The notes beneath the pieces are model-generated. The model was not told the DNA's origin. It did no database searches and saw nothing but the letters and a program-made list of their open reading frames with translations. Shown here piece by piece: positions 48,785 to 58,875 of a stretch of 64,000 bases of DNA (its first letter is position 1; each line of letters begins with the position of its first letter). Source of the DNA: a virus; the IMG/VR virus record IMGVR_UViG_3300044729_003379, positions 1 to 64,000 of that record. The stretch is one strand, 5' to 3'. Made by a program: the position numbers and the translations under genes.

Positions 48785-49549
48785 ATGGCATCAAAAAAAT
48801 CTACCGTAGATAATTCCTTTGGACCCAATCTTTATAAAAGAGACGATAATGGGTTGCTTGAAAACATTCAATACCATTTTAACGAAGACGGAAGCGTTAA
48901 TTGGAGAAAGATGATCAGCGATGAACATCTTTATGTTAACAAAGATAGATTTCCAGATGGAAATGTTCCAAATTCCGTAGATGGGCTTGATGATTCAAAA
49001 TTAATTATCAAGCTTTCTGGAATTAAAGAATTAGCTAAATTAAGGGGTTTTAGTGATGTTTCTTATCAGGTCAAGGGGGAGAGATTTAACCCAGTAGTCG
49101 TTTGTAGTATTCGCTTCATTCCAAACTATGAGACAGGATTTAAGGAGGTTTGCTTTCAAGATGTCGCGGCGGCTTCTTCTGAGAACACAGATTCCTTTGG
49201 TCAAAGATTTCTTGAATCAATTGCAACAAACAGAGCATTTGTTCGATGTGTTCGGAATTTCTTAAATATTCATATTGTTGGACAAGATGAGTTGCCCAAG
49301 GGAGACGGCAAACCCAACGCCATTCAAGAAATCAAATACGGAATGGGTCCGCTTGATACTCTACATAATTCTCTTTCTTTAATTGGAATTTCTGATTTTG
49401 ATGGATTTCAAGAACTATTAAGAGGATTTTGGAAGGATGGGTTATACAAAAACCCAGAAGTAAAAAACTGGAGTAGATTTGAAGATATTCCACCAAAAGA
49501 ATGTAGAACACTAATCTCCATCATAAAAGGTGCAAAAATTGGATTTTAA
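48785..49549 (+). CDS. Putative ssDNA-annealing protein, Rad52/Sak-like
   Basis: ESIATNRAFVRCVRNFLNI...DEL. Confidence 0.45.
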   Translation: MASKKSTVDNSFGPNLYKRDDNGLLENIQYHFNEDGSVNWRKMISDEHLYVNKDRFPDGNVPNSVDGLDDSKLIIKLSGIKELAKLRGFSDVSYQVKGERFNPVVVCSIRFIPNYETGFKEVCFQDVAAASSENTDSFGQRFLESIATNRAFVRCVRNFLNIHIVGQDELPKGDGKPNAIQEIKYGMGPLDTLHNSLSLIGISDFDGFQELLRGFWKDGLYKNPEVKNWSRFEDIPPKECRTLISIIKGAKIGF

Positions 49550-50332
49550 ATGAACTTTTTTGATCAAAGAAATCCAAACAAATACCTTCATATAAAGAGT
49601 CTCTTGACTCCTTATAATATCTGGAGTTCAATAACCTGTCCAGATAAACTTACTCTAAAGAGATACGGAAGAAAAGATGGCAGTTACGTTTTACTAAAAG
49701 AACTCACAGAAGAAAAAAAAGATCTATATTGTCTTTCTTATGGAATTGGAAATGATCCTTTTGGAGTTTCTTTTGAACAGGAGATAATTAAACACGTTAA
49801 AGAAGTTCATATGTTCGACGGTTCAATAGAAAAACCGCCAATAGAACTTTGCGATAAAATGTTTTTTCATCCAGTTTATTTGGATAAACAAAATTTCAAG
49901 CAACACATTTTAGATGAAAAAGATATTATCCTAAAAATGGATATAGAAGGAAATGAGTATGATTGGTTGACAGATGAAAATTTAGACATCATTTCAAATC
50001 AGGTTTCTCAGTTTTGTGTAGAAATTCATTCTTTAATACAAGAGGTTCCCGATGGATGGGTTTTAGAATCAGCAATTCAAGACGCGAAGAAAAATCCAGA
50101 TAAAATTGTTGAATTTTTAAGAAAATTAAATGATCGATTTACAATTGTTCACATACATGGAAATAATCATAGTCCTTTGTATGGAGATCTTCCTGATTGT
50201 TTAGAAATTACATATATAAATAATTCATTAATCTCTAAAAAAGAAAAGAGATTTGAGTCTTTCCCAATTATTGGGATGGATGAACCAAATTTAGATTATA
50301 GACAAGATTATACGTTAAATTGGTGGATTTAA
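49550..50332 (+). CDS. FkbM/Methyltransf_22-like methyltransferase
   Basis: LSYGIG, SFE, ILKMDIEGNEY, EIH, HGNN. Confidence 0.78.
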   Translation: MNFFDQRNPNKYLHIKSLLTPYNIWSSITCPDKLTLKRYGRKDGSYVLLKELTEEKKDLYCLSYGIGNDPFGVSFEQEIIKHVKEVHMFDGSIEKPPIELCDKMFFHPVYLDKQNFKQHILDEKDIILKMDIEGNEYDWLTDENLDIISNQVSQFCVEIHSLIQEVPDGWVLESAIQDAKKNPDKIVEFLRKLNDRFTIVHIHGNNHSPLYGDLPDCLEITYINNSLISKKEKRFESFPIIGMDEPNLDYRQDYTLNWWI

Positions 50333-50333
50333 T

Positions 50334-51389
50334 ATGAAAGCTTTAATTACAGGAGTTACAGGCCAAGATGGAAGTTTTATGGCGGACTTCCTTCTTAAAA
50401 ATACAAACCTTGACGTTATTGGAACGGCAAGAAGACTAAGCGTTCCAAACCACGAAAATATCAAACACTTGAAAGATGAAAAAAGATTCCGCCTAATTGA
50501 TTTAGATGTAACTGATAGCGAAAATATTTCAGAAGTTATTCAAAAAGAAAAACCAGATTATTTTATCAACTTTGCCGCGAATTCTTTTGTTGGCAACAGT
50601 TGGTCAATGCCAGTAAACCACATGCAAACAAACTGTATTGCTGTTTTGCATCAGTTGGAGGCTATTAAAAAACATGCTCCGCATTGTAGGTATTACAATG
50701 CGGGTTCTTCTGAGCAGTTTGGTGACGTTAACTATTGTCCACAAGACATTAATCACCCATTTAAACCAAGGTCTCCATACGGAGTAGCAAAAAGCGCAGC
50801 CCATCATTTGGTAAAGGTTTATAGGGAATCTTTTGATCTTTACGCAGTTCAAGGAATCCTATTTAATCACGAAGGAATTAGAAGAGGGGAAGAATTTGTT
50901 ACTAGAAAGATAACAAAAAATGTTGCAAGAATTTATCATTCAATAAAAAACGGACAACCCTTTTCTCCACTTAAAGTTGGCAACATCTTCTCAGAAAGAG
51001 ATTGGAGTGACGCGGAGGATTTTGTTGAAGGAATTTGGTTAATGTTAAACCAAGAAAAACCAAAGGATTACATCCTGTCTTCAAACGAATGCTACCAAAT
51101 AAAAGAATTTATAGAATTGGCATTTAGTGCGGCAAAAATAGAAGGACAGTGGGTTGGTCTTGGGGAGAACATGAAATATATAATTCCAAATTATATTTTA
51201 GAGATCAGCAACTTAAATAGTCTTGTTTTAGTTGAAATCGATAAAGATTTTTATAGACCAGCAGAGGTTGATATCCTTTTAGGAGATTCAACTCCAGCAA
51301 GAGAAGAGCTTGGGTGGAAACCAAAAACCTGTTTTTATGATTTGGTAAAAAAGATGGTTGACAACGACATAAAACAGTATATAATATGA
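50334..51389 (+). CDS. gmd: GDP-mannose 4,6-dehydratase
   Basis: ALITGVTGQDGS, PRSPYGVAK, GILFNHE, FVTRKIT, RDW, RPAEVD. Confidence 0.95.
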   Translation: MKALITGVTGQDGSFMADFLLKNTNLDVIGTARRLSVPNHENIKHLKDEKRFRLIDLDVTDSENISEVIQKEKPDYFINFAANSFVGNSWSMPVNHMQTNCIAVLHQLEAIKKHAPHCRYYNAGSSEQFGDVNYCPQDINHPFKPRSPYGVAKSAAHHLVKVYRESFDLYAVQGILFNHEGIRRGEEFVTRKITKNVARIYHSIKNGQPFSPLKVGNIFSERDWSDAEDFVEGIWLMLNQEKPKDYILSSNECYQIKEFIELAFSAAKIEGQWVGLGENMKYIIPNYILEISNLNSLVLVEIDKDFYRPAEVDILLGDSTPAREELGWKPKTCFYDLVKKMVDNDIKQYII

Positions 51390-51392
51390 TAT

Positions 51393-51728
51393 ATGTCGAA
51401 GTCTCCTACGTTCTTCCAAGAGCGAAAGAATTTTATATCCCGTATGATCAAGCCGGGATCAAAAGTTCTCTATGCTAGAGAACAAAAGTTTGCTAAACAA
51501 ATATTTGAAGAATGGCCTGTTGACTTTTTAAATAAAGTTAAACCTCCATTTGAAATGAATTCTATTGGTTGGTTTATAACCAAAGAAGGAAAAAAGTATT
51601 TGAAATTAAAACTCATGGAGTTTAATTATAAACCAGAATCCGCCGAAATTATCAAAGGATACGAAAAAGTTGGCGAAGATTGGAACGGAGAATTCACAAG
51701 AAAATCATTAAGAAAGTTTTTATCATAA
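51393..51728 (+). CDS. Hypothetical protein
   Basis: TTGACA-16-TATAAT-7-ATG at 51358-51393. Confidence 0.7.
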   Translation: MSKSPTFFQERKNFISRMIKPGSKVLYAREQKFAKQIFEEWPVDFLNKVKPPFEMNSIGWFITKEGKKYLKLKLMEFNYKPESAEIIKGYEKVGEDWNGEFTRKSLRKFLS

Positions 51729-51729
51729 C

Positions 51730-52800
51730 ATGGATACATCAAAAAAACAATTAGAAAACTTCCTAAACAAAAACAAAAGCGATCACTTTAATTTCCAAGA
51801 TACAATTAATTGGATTTGTCCAACTGGTTCTTTATTATTTGATTCGCAATTAGGAGGAGGTTATAAGCCGGGAGCTTATAAAGTCAATGGAGCTTCTTTT
51901 GCTGGAAAGACGCATTGTGTCTTAAATTGCATCAAGAATGCGCTTGATATAATTCCTAAAGCAAAGGGCTTATGGATTGATGCAGAAGGAAGGCTTGACA
52001 AAGATATTAAAGAAAGGGCAGGTATTAGCTTTGTTTATGATGCCTCTGAATGGGAAGTTGGAACCTGTTTTGTTCTTCAAACAAACATTTTCGAAACAGC
52101 AATCAACTTAATTAATGATCTTGTAAAAAATAACGTTGATGATAATAGGTATATTATGTGCATCGATTCCATGGACTGTCTGATTAGAAGAGATGATGAA
52201 TCAAAGACAGCAGAAGAGGCAGGAAAAGTTGGAGCAGCCGGATTGTTAACATCTTTGATGTTTAAAAAGGCAAACCTTGTCCTTAATAAGAAGGGTCATT
52301 GTTTGTTCATGATTAATCAATTAAGATCATCGATTGATGTTAGCCAATATACTCCGAAGGATCAAAATGCGAGCGTTGGAGGGGGTGGAACAAACGCACC
52401 AGTTCACGCGGCTAATCAAATTTGGAATTTCTTAGGAAGAACAAAGAGTTCTACAATCTTTGATGGAGATACAACTCTTGGACATTATTGTAGGATTAAA
52501 ATCTCTAAGGGGGTTCAAGAAAGAACAGATGTGAGCATTAGCTATCCAGTTCGTCATGGAAGAAAGGGAGGAACATCTGTTTGGAAAGAATATGAAATTA
52601 TAGACCTCCTTCTTCAATGGGGATTTCTTGAAAAGAAAGGTTCATGGATTAATTCTGATTCAGAGCTTACCAAGTTTCTTGGAGAAGAATTTAAGGCACA
52701 AGGCATGACAAAAACTTATCAAATGTTGGAAGAAGATACTGGTTTGTGCGGAAAAATGGAAGAGTTCTGTAAAGAAAACATTTTCGATAAAATGAAATGA
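51730..52800 (+). CDS. RecA/UvsX-like recombinase
   Basis: TGS..FD..LGGG, GASFAGKT, IDAEG, IDS, INQLR. Confidence 0.88.
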   Translation: MDTSKKQLENFLNKNKSDHFNFQDTINWICPTGSLLFDSQLGGGYKPGAYKVNGASFAGKTHCVLNCIKNALDIIPKAKGLWIDAEGRLDKDIKERAGISFVYDASEWEVGTCFVLQTNIFETAINLINDLVKNNVDDNRYIMCIDSMDCLIRRDDESKTAEEAGKVGAAGLLTSLMFKKANLVLNKKGHCLFMINQLRSSIDVSQYTPKDQNASVGGGGTNAPVHAANQIWNFLGRTKSSTIFDGDTTLGHYCRIKISKGVQERTDVSISYPVRHGRKGGTSVWKEYEIIDLLLQWGFLEKKGSWINSDSELTKFLGEEFKAQGMTKTYQMLEEDTGLCGKMEEFCKENIFDKMK

Positions 52801-53198
52801 TTTTTAAAAATCACAGAGGAAAAGAAATTAAGGTAGCAAAAGCCAATAAATATAAGATTGATTGGGACTCTGGTTGCCGTTCTAAAATACAAAAACAAGT
52901 AAAGGACATTTTATACAAATATTGGAAAGGAGATTTGGTCTACGAAGAATTTCCTGTGGCTGGAACAAGATTAACGCTTGACTTTTACAATGCTTCGTGC
53001 AATATTGCGATAGAAGTCGATGGAATGCAGCATTATCAGTATAATGAATTCTTTCACAATAAAAATAGAAACAATTTTTTGGAACAATTAAAAAGAGATG
53101 ATTTTAAAGAGAGTTTTTGTTCAACAAATTCAATTACTCTTTATAGAATTAGAGAAGACAAAAACGTGCAAGAACAAATAAACAATTTAAAACTATGA
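52797..53198 (+). CDS. Vsr/DUF559-like endonuclease
   Basis: LDFY...IAIEVDG.QHY...RD..K. Confidence 0.8.
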   Translation: MIFKNHRGKEIKVAKANKYKIDWDSGCRSKIQKQVKDILYKYWKGDLVYEEFPVAGTRLTLDFYNASCNIAIEVDGMQHYQYNEFFHNKNRNNFLEQLKRDDFKESFCSTNSITLYRIREDKNVQEQINNLKL

Positions 53199-53440
53199 AT
53201 AATGAAGAAGAGGAAGATGGAAATGATGAACTTGAGGTTTTTTCCGAATCTCTATTATGTAAAATTTATGATAGCACAGGGAACAAGAGAGGATGCAATA
53301 AGGGATTCTTGATGTTCATGGTAAACCACAATGGAGAGATTATTTATGTGTCAAAGTTCTCAGACACGGTAACACAAATTGCTTTAACAGAAACCGCTAA
53401 AAAAATCCTGTTAGAAGAAGATTTCCAAGAAGATGATTAA
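53195..53440 (+). CDS. Hypothetical acidic protein
   Basis: Translationally coupled 81-aa ORF. Confidence 0.65.
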   Translation: MNNEEEEDGNDELEVFSESLLCKIYDSTGNKRGCNKGFLMFMVNHNGEIIYVSKFSDTVTQIALTETAKKILLEEDFQEDD

Positions 53441-54974
53441 GTCGTTCGAATTAGAAAGAAAGGTTTTATCTGGGCTTTTACAGCACCCAAAATCTTGGTC
53501 TGAAGTTTCAACTTTCTTGGTTGAAGAAGACTTCTACGCTGAAGACAGCAAGGTTCATATAACCTTGTTTAAGATGATTAGGAATGCATTAAATAGTAAA
53601 GAAGCTATTGATGACACCATTCTGATTGATCGTCTAGCCAGACTCAATACGACTTTTCCAGATTCTATTGATCGAGACGAATACATTAGGTCTTTGGTTT
53701 TCAATAAAATTTCAACAGATGTTTTCTTAAACTCAGTCAAAGAGCTTAAAAAATACACCTTCAAACGAAAGGCTTTAAACATTTGTAATAAAATAGAACA
53801 ATTCACAAAAACAGTAGACCCATCAAAACCCTATTCTTTTATTGTAGAAGAAATTGATAGAATTTACAATAATGATATTCGTGGATTTGAAATGGGAGAA
53901 GCCAAACTTGTAAATTTGGCCAAGATTGCAGAAGAGATTATTGAAGACAGGGGAGACAATCCACCAGAAGAAGTTGGGGCAATGGGTCCATTCCCAACCA
54001 TTAATAAAATTTATGGTTCTCTTGTGAGGCCGGGGAACTGCACTTGTTTTGCCGCTAGAGCTAAAAGTGGAAAAACCACGTTAATGATAGATATGTTATT
54101 GAAGATCTCTTACGAAAATAAGTTGCCGATTCTGCATTTCGATAATGGGGAAATGAGTGAAGAGGAACTCGTTTTTAGAATGGTCTCTGGAATATCTGGT
54201 GTTCCCGTTTATCTTCTTGAAAGTGGCAAATGGAGAACTCACGGATACAAGGATCTTTCCGCCAAGGAAGTCGTTAGCCGTGTTCGGGCGGTATGGGAAA
54301 GAATGAAGGGTATCACGATTCTTTATGAGAACGTAGCAGGAATGACATCGGAAGAGATGGTCTCCCTTCTTAAAAGAATTTACTTTTCAGAAATTGGAAG
54401 AGGCAATCCTCTCATCTTTTCCTTTGACTATCTCAAGACAGATTTCAACAATCTAGGAAAAGGTTCTGATTGGGCTTTTGTTGGAAAACTACTCCACCAT
54501 TTTAAACAAACAATTAGCAGAGAACTCAAATTCGACGGTAAACCAACAGTAGCTATGGTAACGTCTGTTCAAACAAACAGGTCTGGCATTGTTACAAATA
54601 GAAATTCGGATACAGTTGTCGATGACGAAAGCGTTATTGCGTTATCTGACAACATCATTCAATTCGTTTCTCACCTATTCCTTCTTAGGAAGAAGACAAT
54701 GGATGAAATTGTTGAAGAAGGACCAGAGTTTGGCACCCACAAGTTAAAATGCTTGGCAGCAAGACATTTAGGAGAAGATTCTTTTGGTCACATTAATCCT
54801 GTTGATTGGGTTGATGGTAGCAAAAAAGATAATTGGATCAACTTAAAATTTGACAACTTTAATGTTGAAGAAAAGGGCGATGCTCGCGATATTATTAGAG
54901 CAATAAACGGAGAAGATGTTGGAGCAATTAGATCAATGGGGGCAGAAAATGAACTTCCAGAATCTTTAAGATGA
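53433..54974 (+). CDS. dnaB: DnaB-like replicative helicase
   Basis: ERKVLSGLL, AARAKSGKTT, EM, DYL, QTNR. Confidence 0.9.
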   Translation: MIKSFELERKVLSGLLQHPKSWSEVSTFLVEEDFYAEDSKVHITLFKMIRNALNSKEAIDDTILIDRLARLNTTFPDSIDRDEYIRSLVFNKISTDVFLNSVKELKKYTFKRKALNICNKIEQFTKTVDPSKPYSFIVEEIDRIYNNDIRGFEMGEAKLVNLAKIAEEIIEDRGDNPPEEVGAMGPFPTINKIYGSLVRPGNCTCFAARAKSGKTTLMIDMLLKISYENKLPILHFDNGEMSEEELVFRMVSGISGVPVYLLESGKWRTHGYKDLSAKEVVSRVRAVWERMKGITILYENVAGMTSEEMVSLLKRIYFSEIGRGNPLIFSFDYLKTDFNNLGKGSDWAFVGKLLHHFKQTISRELKFDGKPTVAMVTSVQTNRSGIVTNRNSDTVVDDESVIALSDNIIQFVSHLFLLRKKTMDEIVEEGPEFGTHKLKCLAARHLGEDSFGHINPVDWVDGSKKDNWINLKFDNFNVEEKGDARDIIRAINGEDVGAIRSMGAENELPESLR

Positions 54975-55984
54975 CCGATTATGGATCAATTTTAAGAAAC
55001 ATAGGCTATAATCTGATCGATAGGGGTTCTTATTGGCAGACAAACGCTATCTTCCGCAATGGAGACAACAAAACATCAATCAGAATTTACAAAGACACCG
55101 GAGTTTGGAGCGACTTTGTTGAAGGAAACAAACCTCTCCCATTCGAAACATTACTAAAGAAAACATTAAAGACAAATGATGTATCAAAATACATAGAACA
55201 ACAAAATACGTCATTTACCTTTTACAAAAAAATAGATAAACTTTTGAAAGAAGAAAAAACATTTCACGATAGTTGCTTAAAAAAACTATTACCAGACAGG
55301 CACTATTTTGAGTCAAGAGGCATCCCTAGTTGGGTTCAAGAAGAATACCAATGCGGGTTGGCAACTTCTGGCAAGCTATATCAACGCATCGTTTTTCCAG
55401 TTAGGAGAAATGATGGGAAAATACATGGATTCATTGGCAGAAAGGTTGTAGACAACAAACCAGAATCTCCAAAGTGGTTGAATTTTGGAAAAACCTGTGA
55501 TTGGTTTTATCCATATTTTTCTGTAGAAGGCGTTGAGGAACAAATAGAAGAAGAAAAGAGGGTTTTTGTAATAGAATCTATCGGAGATTCTATGTCTTTA
55601 TATAGATCGGGTGTAAAGAACAACATCGTTTGTTTTACAAACAATATTAAACCAAAAATAACATCGAGATTATCAAATCTTTCGGTAGATATTGTTTTAT
55701 CATTAAATAATGATTCTGGCCAAAACAGAGGATTCGACGGGGCTTTGGCAAGTTTTATAAAACTTGCTGATACAATCGATTTAGAAAGAATATGGTTTTG
55801 TCCACCTCCAGTTGAAGATTTTGGAATGATGAATGATCAACAAATTCGTGAATGGAGAAGTTCTTTAGATTTTTCAAATTCTTCGAAGGAGTCTCTTCTT
55901 CAATTGATTGGTTATGCTCCAAAAGCAAAACTTGCAGCAAACTTGCTTCCAAAATTAAAGAAAATAGAAAAAAGCTTGGAATGA
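54971..55984 (+). CDS. DnaG-like primase (TOPRIM)
   Basis: RIVFPV, GFIGR, PKW, IESIGD, NND. Confidence 0.85.
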   Translation: MTDYGSILRNIGYNLIDRGSYWQTNAIFRNGDNKTSIRIYKDTGVWSDFVEGNKPLPFETLLKKTLKTNDVSKYIEQQNTSFTFYKKIDKLLKEEKTFHDSCLKKLLPDRHYFESRGIPSWVQEEYQCGLATSGKLYQRIVFPVRRNDGKIHGFIGRKVVDNKPESPKWLNFGKTCDWFYPYFSVEGVEEQIEEEKRVFVIESIGDSMSLYRSGVKNNIVCFTNNIKPKITSRLSNLSVDIVLSLNNDSGQNRGFDGALASFIKLADTIDLERIWFCPPPVEDFGMMNDQQIREWRSSLDFSNSSKESLLQLIGYAPKAKLAANLLPKLKKIEKSLE

Positions 55985-57033
55985 AGAACTATTTGTCTGC
56001 ATCAAAGATCAAAAAACTACAAGAATGTAGTTGGCAATATTATTGTCGTTATATATTGAAACTTCCAGACGACTCCAATGACGGAGCAAAAATGGGATCG
56101 ATTTGTCATAATGTTTTTGAATATCTTGGAAAAGATAAACATAAAAGACATTTCAATAAAATAATTAAAGCCGAAACAATTAAGGGAAGTGAAGTTGTCA
56201 GTAGATATGTAAATATTTGTGCCAATAAAGAAAGTGTCAATTCAGAGACCCACCTTACTTTAATTGATAAAATGATTTTAGAAGGACTCAAGTATGATTT
56301 CTATGGAAAGAAACTTGGAAAACCAATTGAAGCCTTGTCTGAAATTGACTTCGATTTAACGATAGACGAGAAAGATAAGAAATACAGAATCGTTGGATTT
56401 ATTGATAAGTTGTTCTTATATAAGAATGGAGCGGTTATAATCCGAGACTTCAAAAGTTCAAAGAAGAAGTTTGAGGGAAAGGAAGTTTATGATAACGTGC
56501 AAGACTTGATGTATAGACTTGCCGTTAAAAAGCTATACCCAGAACATTATAATCCAAAGATGGAATTCGTCTTTCTTCAATTTTCATGTGAAAATGGAGA
56601 CGGTATTATTGAAACACCTAGCGTTTGCGATAAAGAATTAGAAGGTTTTGAATATTTCCTTACAGACGTTCAAAATGTCGTTGATCATTTTGACGAAAAG
56701 ATAGCCACACAAAACATGGCCTATGACAAAGGTTATGTAAACAAGGACCAAGGTTTCTCAGGAAGATTAGTTTGTGGAAGATCAGATCATCCAGAAGAAA
56801 AGAAAATAGATGGAACGAACAAATGGTATTGCAGAATGAAGTTCCCCTTCTTTTATTGGGTTTTATTAGACGAAAAAAATAACATAATCAATTCTGCAAA
56901 AACTGAGGAAGAATTGGGTTTTCCTGCAAAAAACCAGAGAATAGAAAAAAGATTCTACAAGGGATGCCCTAAGTTTAAATTTCTTGAATACTCTCAAGAA
57001 ATGAATATGAAAGCAAAAAACGAAGGATTTTAA
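55981..57033 (+). CDS. PD-(D/E)XK exonuclease, Cas4/AddB-like with four Cys
   Basis: LSASKI...C, G...H, GFIDKL, DFKSS, Q...Y, C-terminal cysteines; start 55981. Confidence 0.82.
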   Translation: MKNYLSASKIKKLQECSWQYYCRYILKLPDDSNDGAKMGSICHNVFEYLGKDKHKRHFNKIIKAETIKGSEVVSRYVNICANKESVNSETHLTLIDKMILEGLKYDFYGKKLGKPIEALSEIDFDLTIDEKDKKYRIVGFIDKLFLYKNGAVIIRDFKSSKKKFEGKEVYDNVQDLMYRLAVKKLYPEHYNPKMEFVFLQFSCENGDGIIETPSVCDKELEGFEYFLTDVQNVVDHFDEKIATQNMAYDKGYVNKDQGFSGRLVCGRSDHPEEKKIDGTNKWYCRMKFPFFYWVLLDEKNNIINSAKTEEELGFPAKNQRIEKRFYKGCPKFKFLEYSQEMNMKAKNEGF

Positions 57034-57078
57034 CAAAAAATACTTGACTTCCTAAAGAAAGATGGTATTATTTCGTAT

Positions 57079-57357
57079 ATGAAAATCTCTGAATATAAAA
57101 TTGCTCGCGCAAAACTCTACATGACAGAGGACGATAAGAAAGTCCTTGAAGAACAAATTAAGGAAAACAAAATTTCACCAGAAATGAAAAGCCGTTTGGA
57201 TTCTTTGATTTTTAGACTACTTCCAAAACGTCTTCGTAGAAAGAATGGGTGTTTCGGAAGCCCCGGCCTCAATCGAAAAGAAAAGAGAAAGAAATTAATT
57301 CAACAAAAGATTCAAGAAATCGTTGATCAACAAAAAGAAGAAGAGTCTAAAGAATGA
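57079..57357 (+). CDS. Hypothetical basic protein
   Basis: TTGACT...TATTAT-7-ATG promoter. Confidence 0.65.
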   Translation: MKISEYKIARAKLYMTEDDKKVLEEQIKENKISPEMKSRLDSLIFRLLPKRLRRKNGCFGSPGLNRKEKRKKLIQQKIQEIVDQQKEEESKE

Positions 57358-58019
57358 TTCCTATTTTTAAGTCTCATTTTTCTATCGGAAGATCTATTCT
57401 TAATTTAGAAAAGATTTTCGAATACGATCAAGACAAGATCGTATTGGTAGAAGATTCTATGGCTAGTTTTCGTAAGGCCAAAAAGACGGCCCTTAAAGCA
57501 AAAAAAAGATTCATATTTGGTCTTCGGTTGGAAGTAAAAAGCGACGGCGACAGCAGCAAGTTGATCTTCTTCGCGAAAAGCAATAAGGGAATAGATTCTC
57601 TTCGCCGTATTTATACGAAAACGTTCACCGAACAAAATGGGGTTTACCAATTAAACAAAGAGGATCTTCAAGAGATAGAAATTGCTGTTCCATTTTATGA
57701 CTCTTTTTTGCATAAGTCTATTCATAATTTTGGTTGCTTTGAATTAGATTTACCGGAAAACGTTACTTTTTTTGTTGAGAGAAATAATCATCCGTTTGAT
57801 TTTCAAATAGAAAATGCAATCAACAAATTTGGAGGAAAAACTGTTTTAGTAAAGTCCATCTTTTACGACAAGAAAGAAGATTTCAAAGCCTTTCAATTTT
57901 GTAAAGCAATTTGTAATAGAAAAATAGGTAGGTCTCCCGTATTTAACAGGCCAGAATTAGAAGAATGTTCTAGTGATGAATTTTGTTGGGAGTCCTTGCA
58001 AGAATATAGCAAGCAATAG
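57354..58019 (+). CDS. Stand-alone degenerate PHP domain of DNA Pol III alpha
   Basis: KSHFSIGRSIL, FIFGLRL, LIFFAKSNKG pattern of DnaE N-termini; canonical HxH missing. Confidence 0.7.
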   Translation: MIPIFKSHFSIGRSILNLEKIFEYDQDKIVLVEDSMASFRKAKKTALKAKKRFIFGLRLEVKSDGDSSKLIFFAKSNKGIDSLRRIYTKTFTEQNGVYQLNKEDLQEIEIAVPFYDSFLHKSIHNFGCFELDLPENVTFFVERNNHPFDFQIENAINKFGGKTVLVKSIFYDKKEDFKAFQFCKAICNRKIGRSPVFNRPELEECSSDEFCWESLQEYSKQ

Positions 58020-58037
58020 TAAACGTGTTTTTAATTT

Positions 58038-58298
58038 ATGAATATTACGAAAACCCAATGGAAGGGACTGCAAAAAGAATGGTTCGATTGCGAATACGCG
58101 GCCATGCAACCTGTGGACGCGGTGCGTATGCGGTTGACCAACGAAACCAACGAGGTCGAGCGGCTGGCAAACGGAATTGCGCTGGCGCTGCACAAAAATC
58201 GACACTTGGCGGATGGCGATAATTGCACACTCATCGACTTAAAGCGACTGGTCCCAGACTGGGAAGCGCGTCTGTTTTATCTTCTGCCTAACAATTAG
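58038..58298 (+). CDS. GC-rich hypothetical protein, foreign insert
   Basis: Visibly much higher GC than flanks; HLADGDNCTL. Confidence 0.65.
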   Translation: MNITKTQWKGLQKEWFDCEYAAMQPVDAVRMRLTNETNEVERLANGIALALHKNRHLADGDNCTLIDLKRLVPDWEARLFYLLPNN

Positions 58299-58395
58299 AT
58301 CAGACTTCCAAAGGATAGTCTGTATCGAAAGTTCCAGATTGTAAAGTTTGTAGAAAAAAGTCTTGACAACAGCAAAATTTGTGATACATCATATC

Positions 58396-58875
58396 ATGAA
58401 TATACACAATACAATTTTAACCTCAGTTAAAGATCAAGATGATTATGGGTGTTTTGAATTCGAAACAAAGAAATTCTCAGACTTGTCTAAAGTTGAGCTA
58501 CAATCTATTTTGAATTACATTCTTAGTCTTAATATAGATCAAGAAACAATTCTCAACAGAAACGGCTTTTATTCCTTAGAACAGGTCAAAGAGAAGAAGG
58601 GGTTGAAGTTCACAAATAAAGACGATATTTTCTACAGAAGGAATTATAATTTTGAAAAAATTACTCTTGGCAAAAAATTAAACGACTATCAATTAGAAGA
58701 ACTCAGTCAGTGGAAACAGGTCTTTGTTTTAGTTGAAATGCCTAAAGAAATCAAAGATCAACTTGAAGTTTTCGAACAAAAGAAAAAGGAAAAGAAAAAG
58801 AAATTAGAAGAAGCCAAGAAAACAAGAGAAATAAAAAAGGCCAAAAAACTTCTAGAGCAATATGGGGAAAAATAA
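58396..58875 (+). CDS. Hypothetical protein
   Basis: The TTG at 58363 is a TTGACA -35 box; ATG 58396 preferred. Confidence 0.65.
   Translation: MNIHNTILTSVKDQDDYGCFEFETKKFSDLSKVELQSILNYILSLNIDQETILNRNGFYSLEQVKEKKGLKFTNKDDIFYRRNYNFEKITLGKKLNDYQLEELSQWKQVFVLVEMPKEIKDQLEVFEQKKKEKKKKLEEAKKTREIKKAKKLLEQYGEK

Noticed and set aside
35421-51389. DNA hypermodification as the role of the glycosyltransferases
   Set aside because: Not excluded, but no hydroxymethylase or other base-modifying enzyme is visible in this window, while GT9, Gmd and FkbM-like enzymes point to surface-type glycans.
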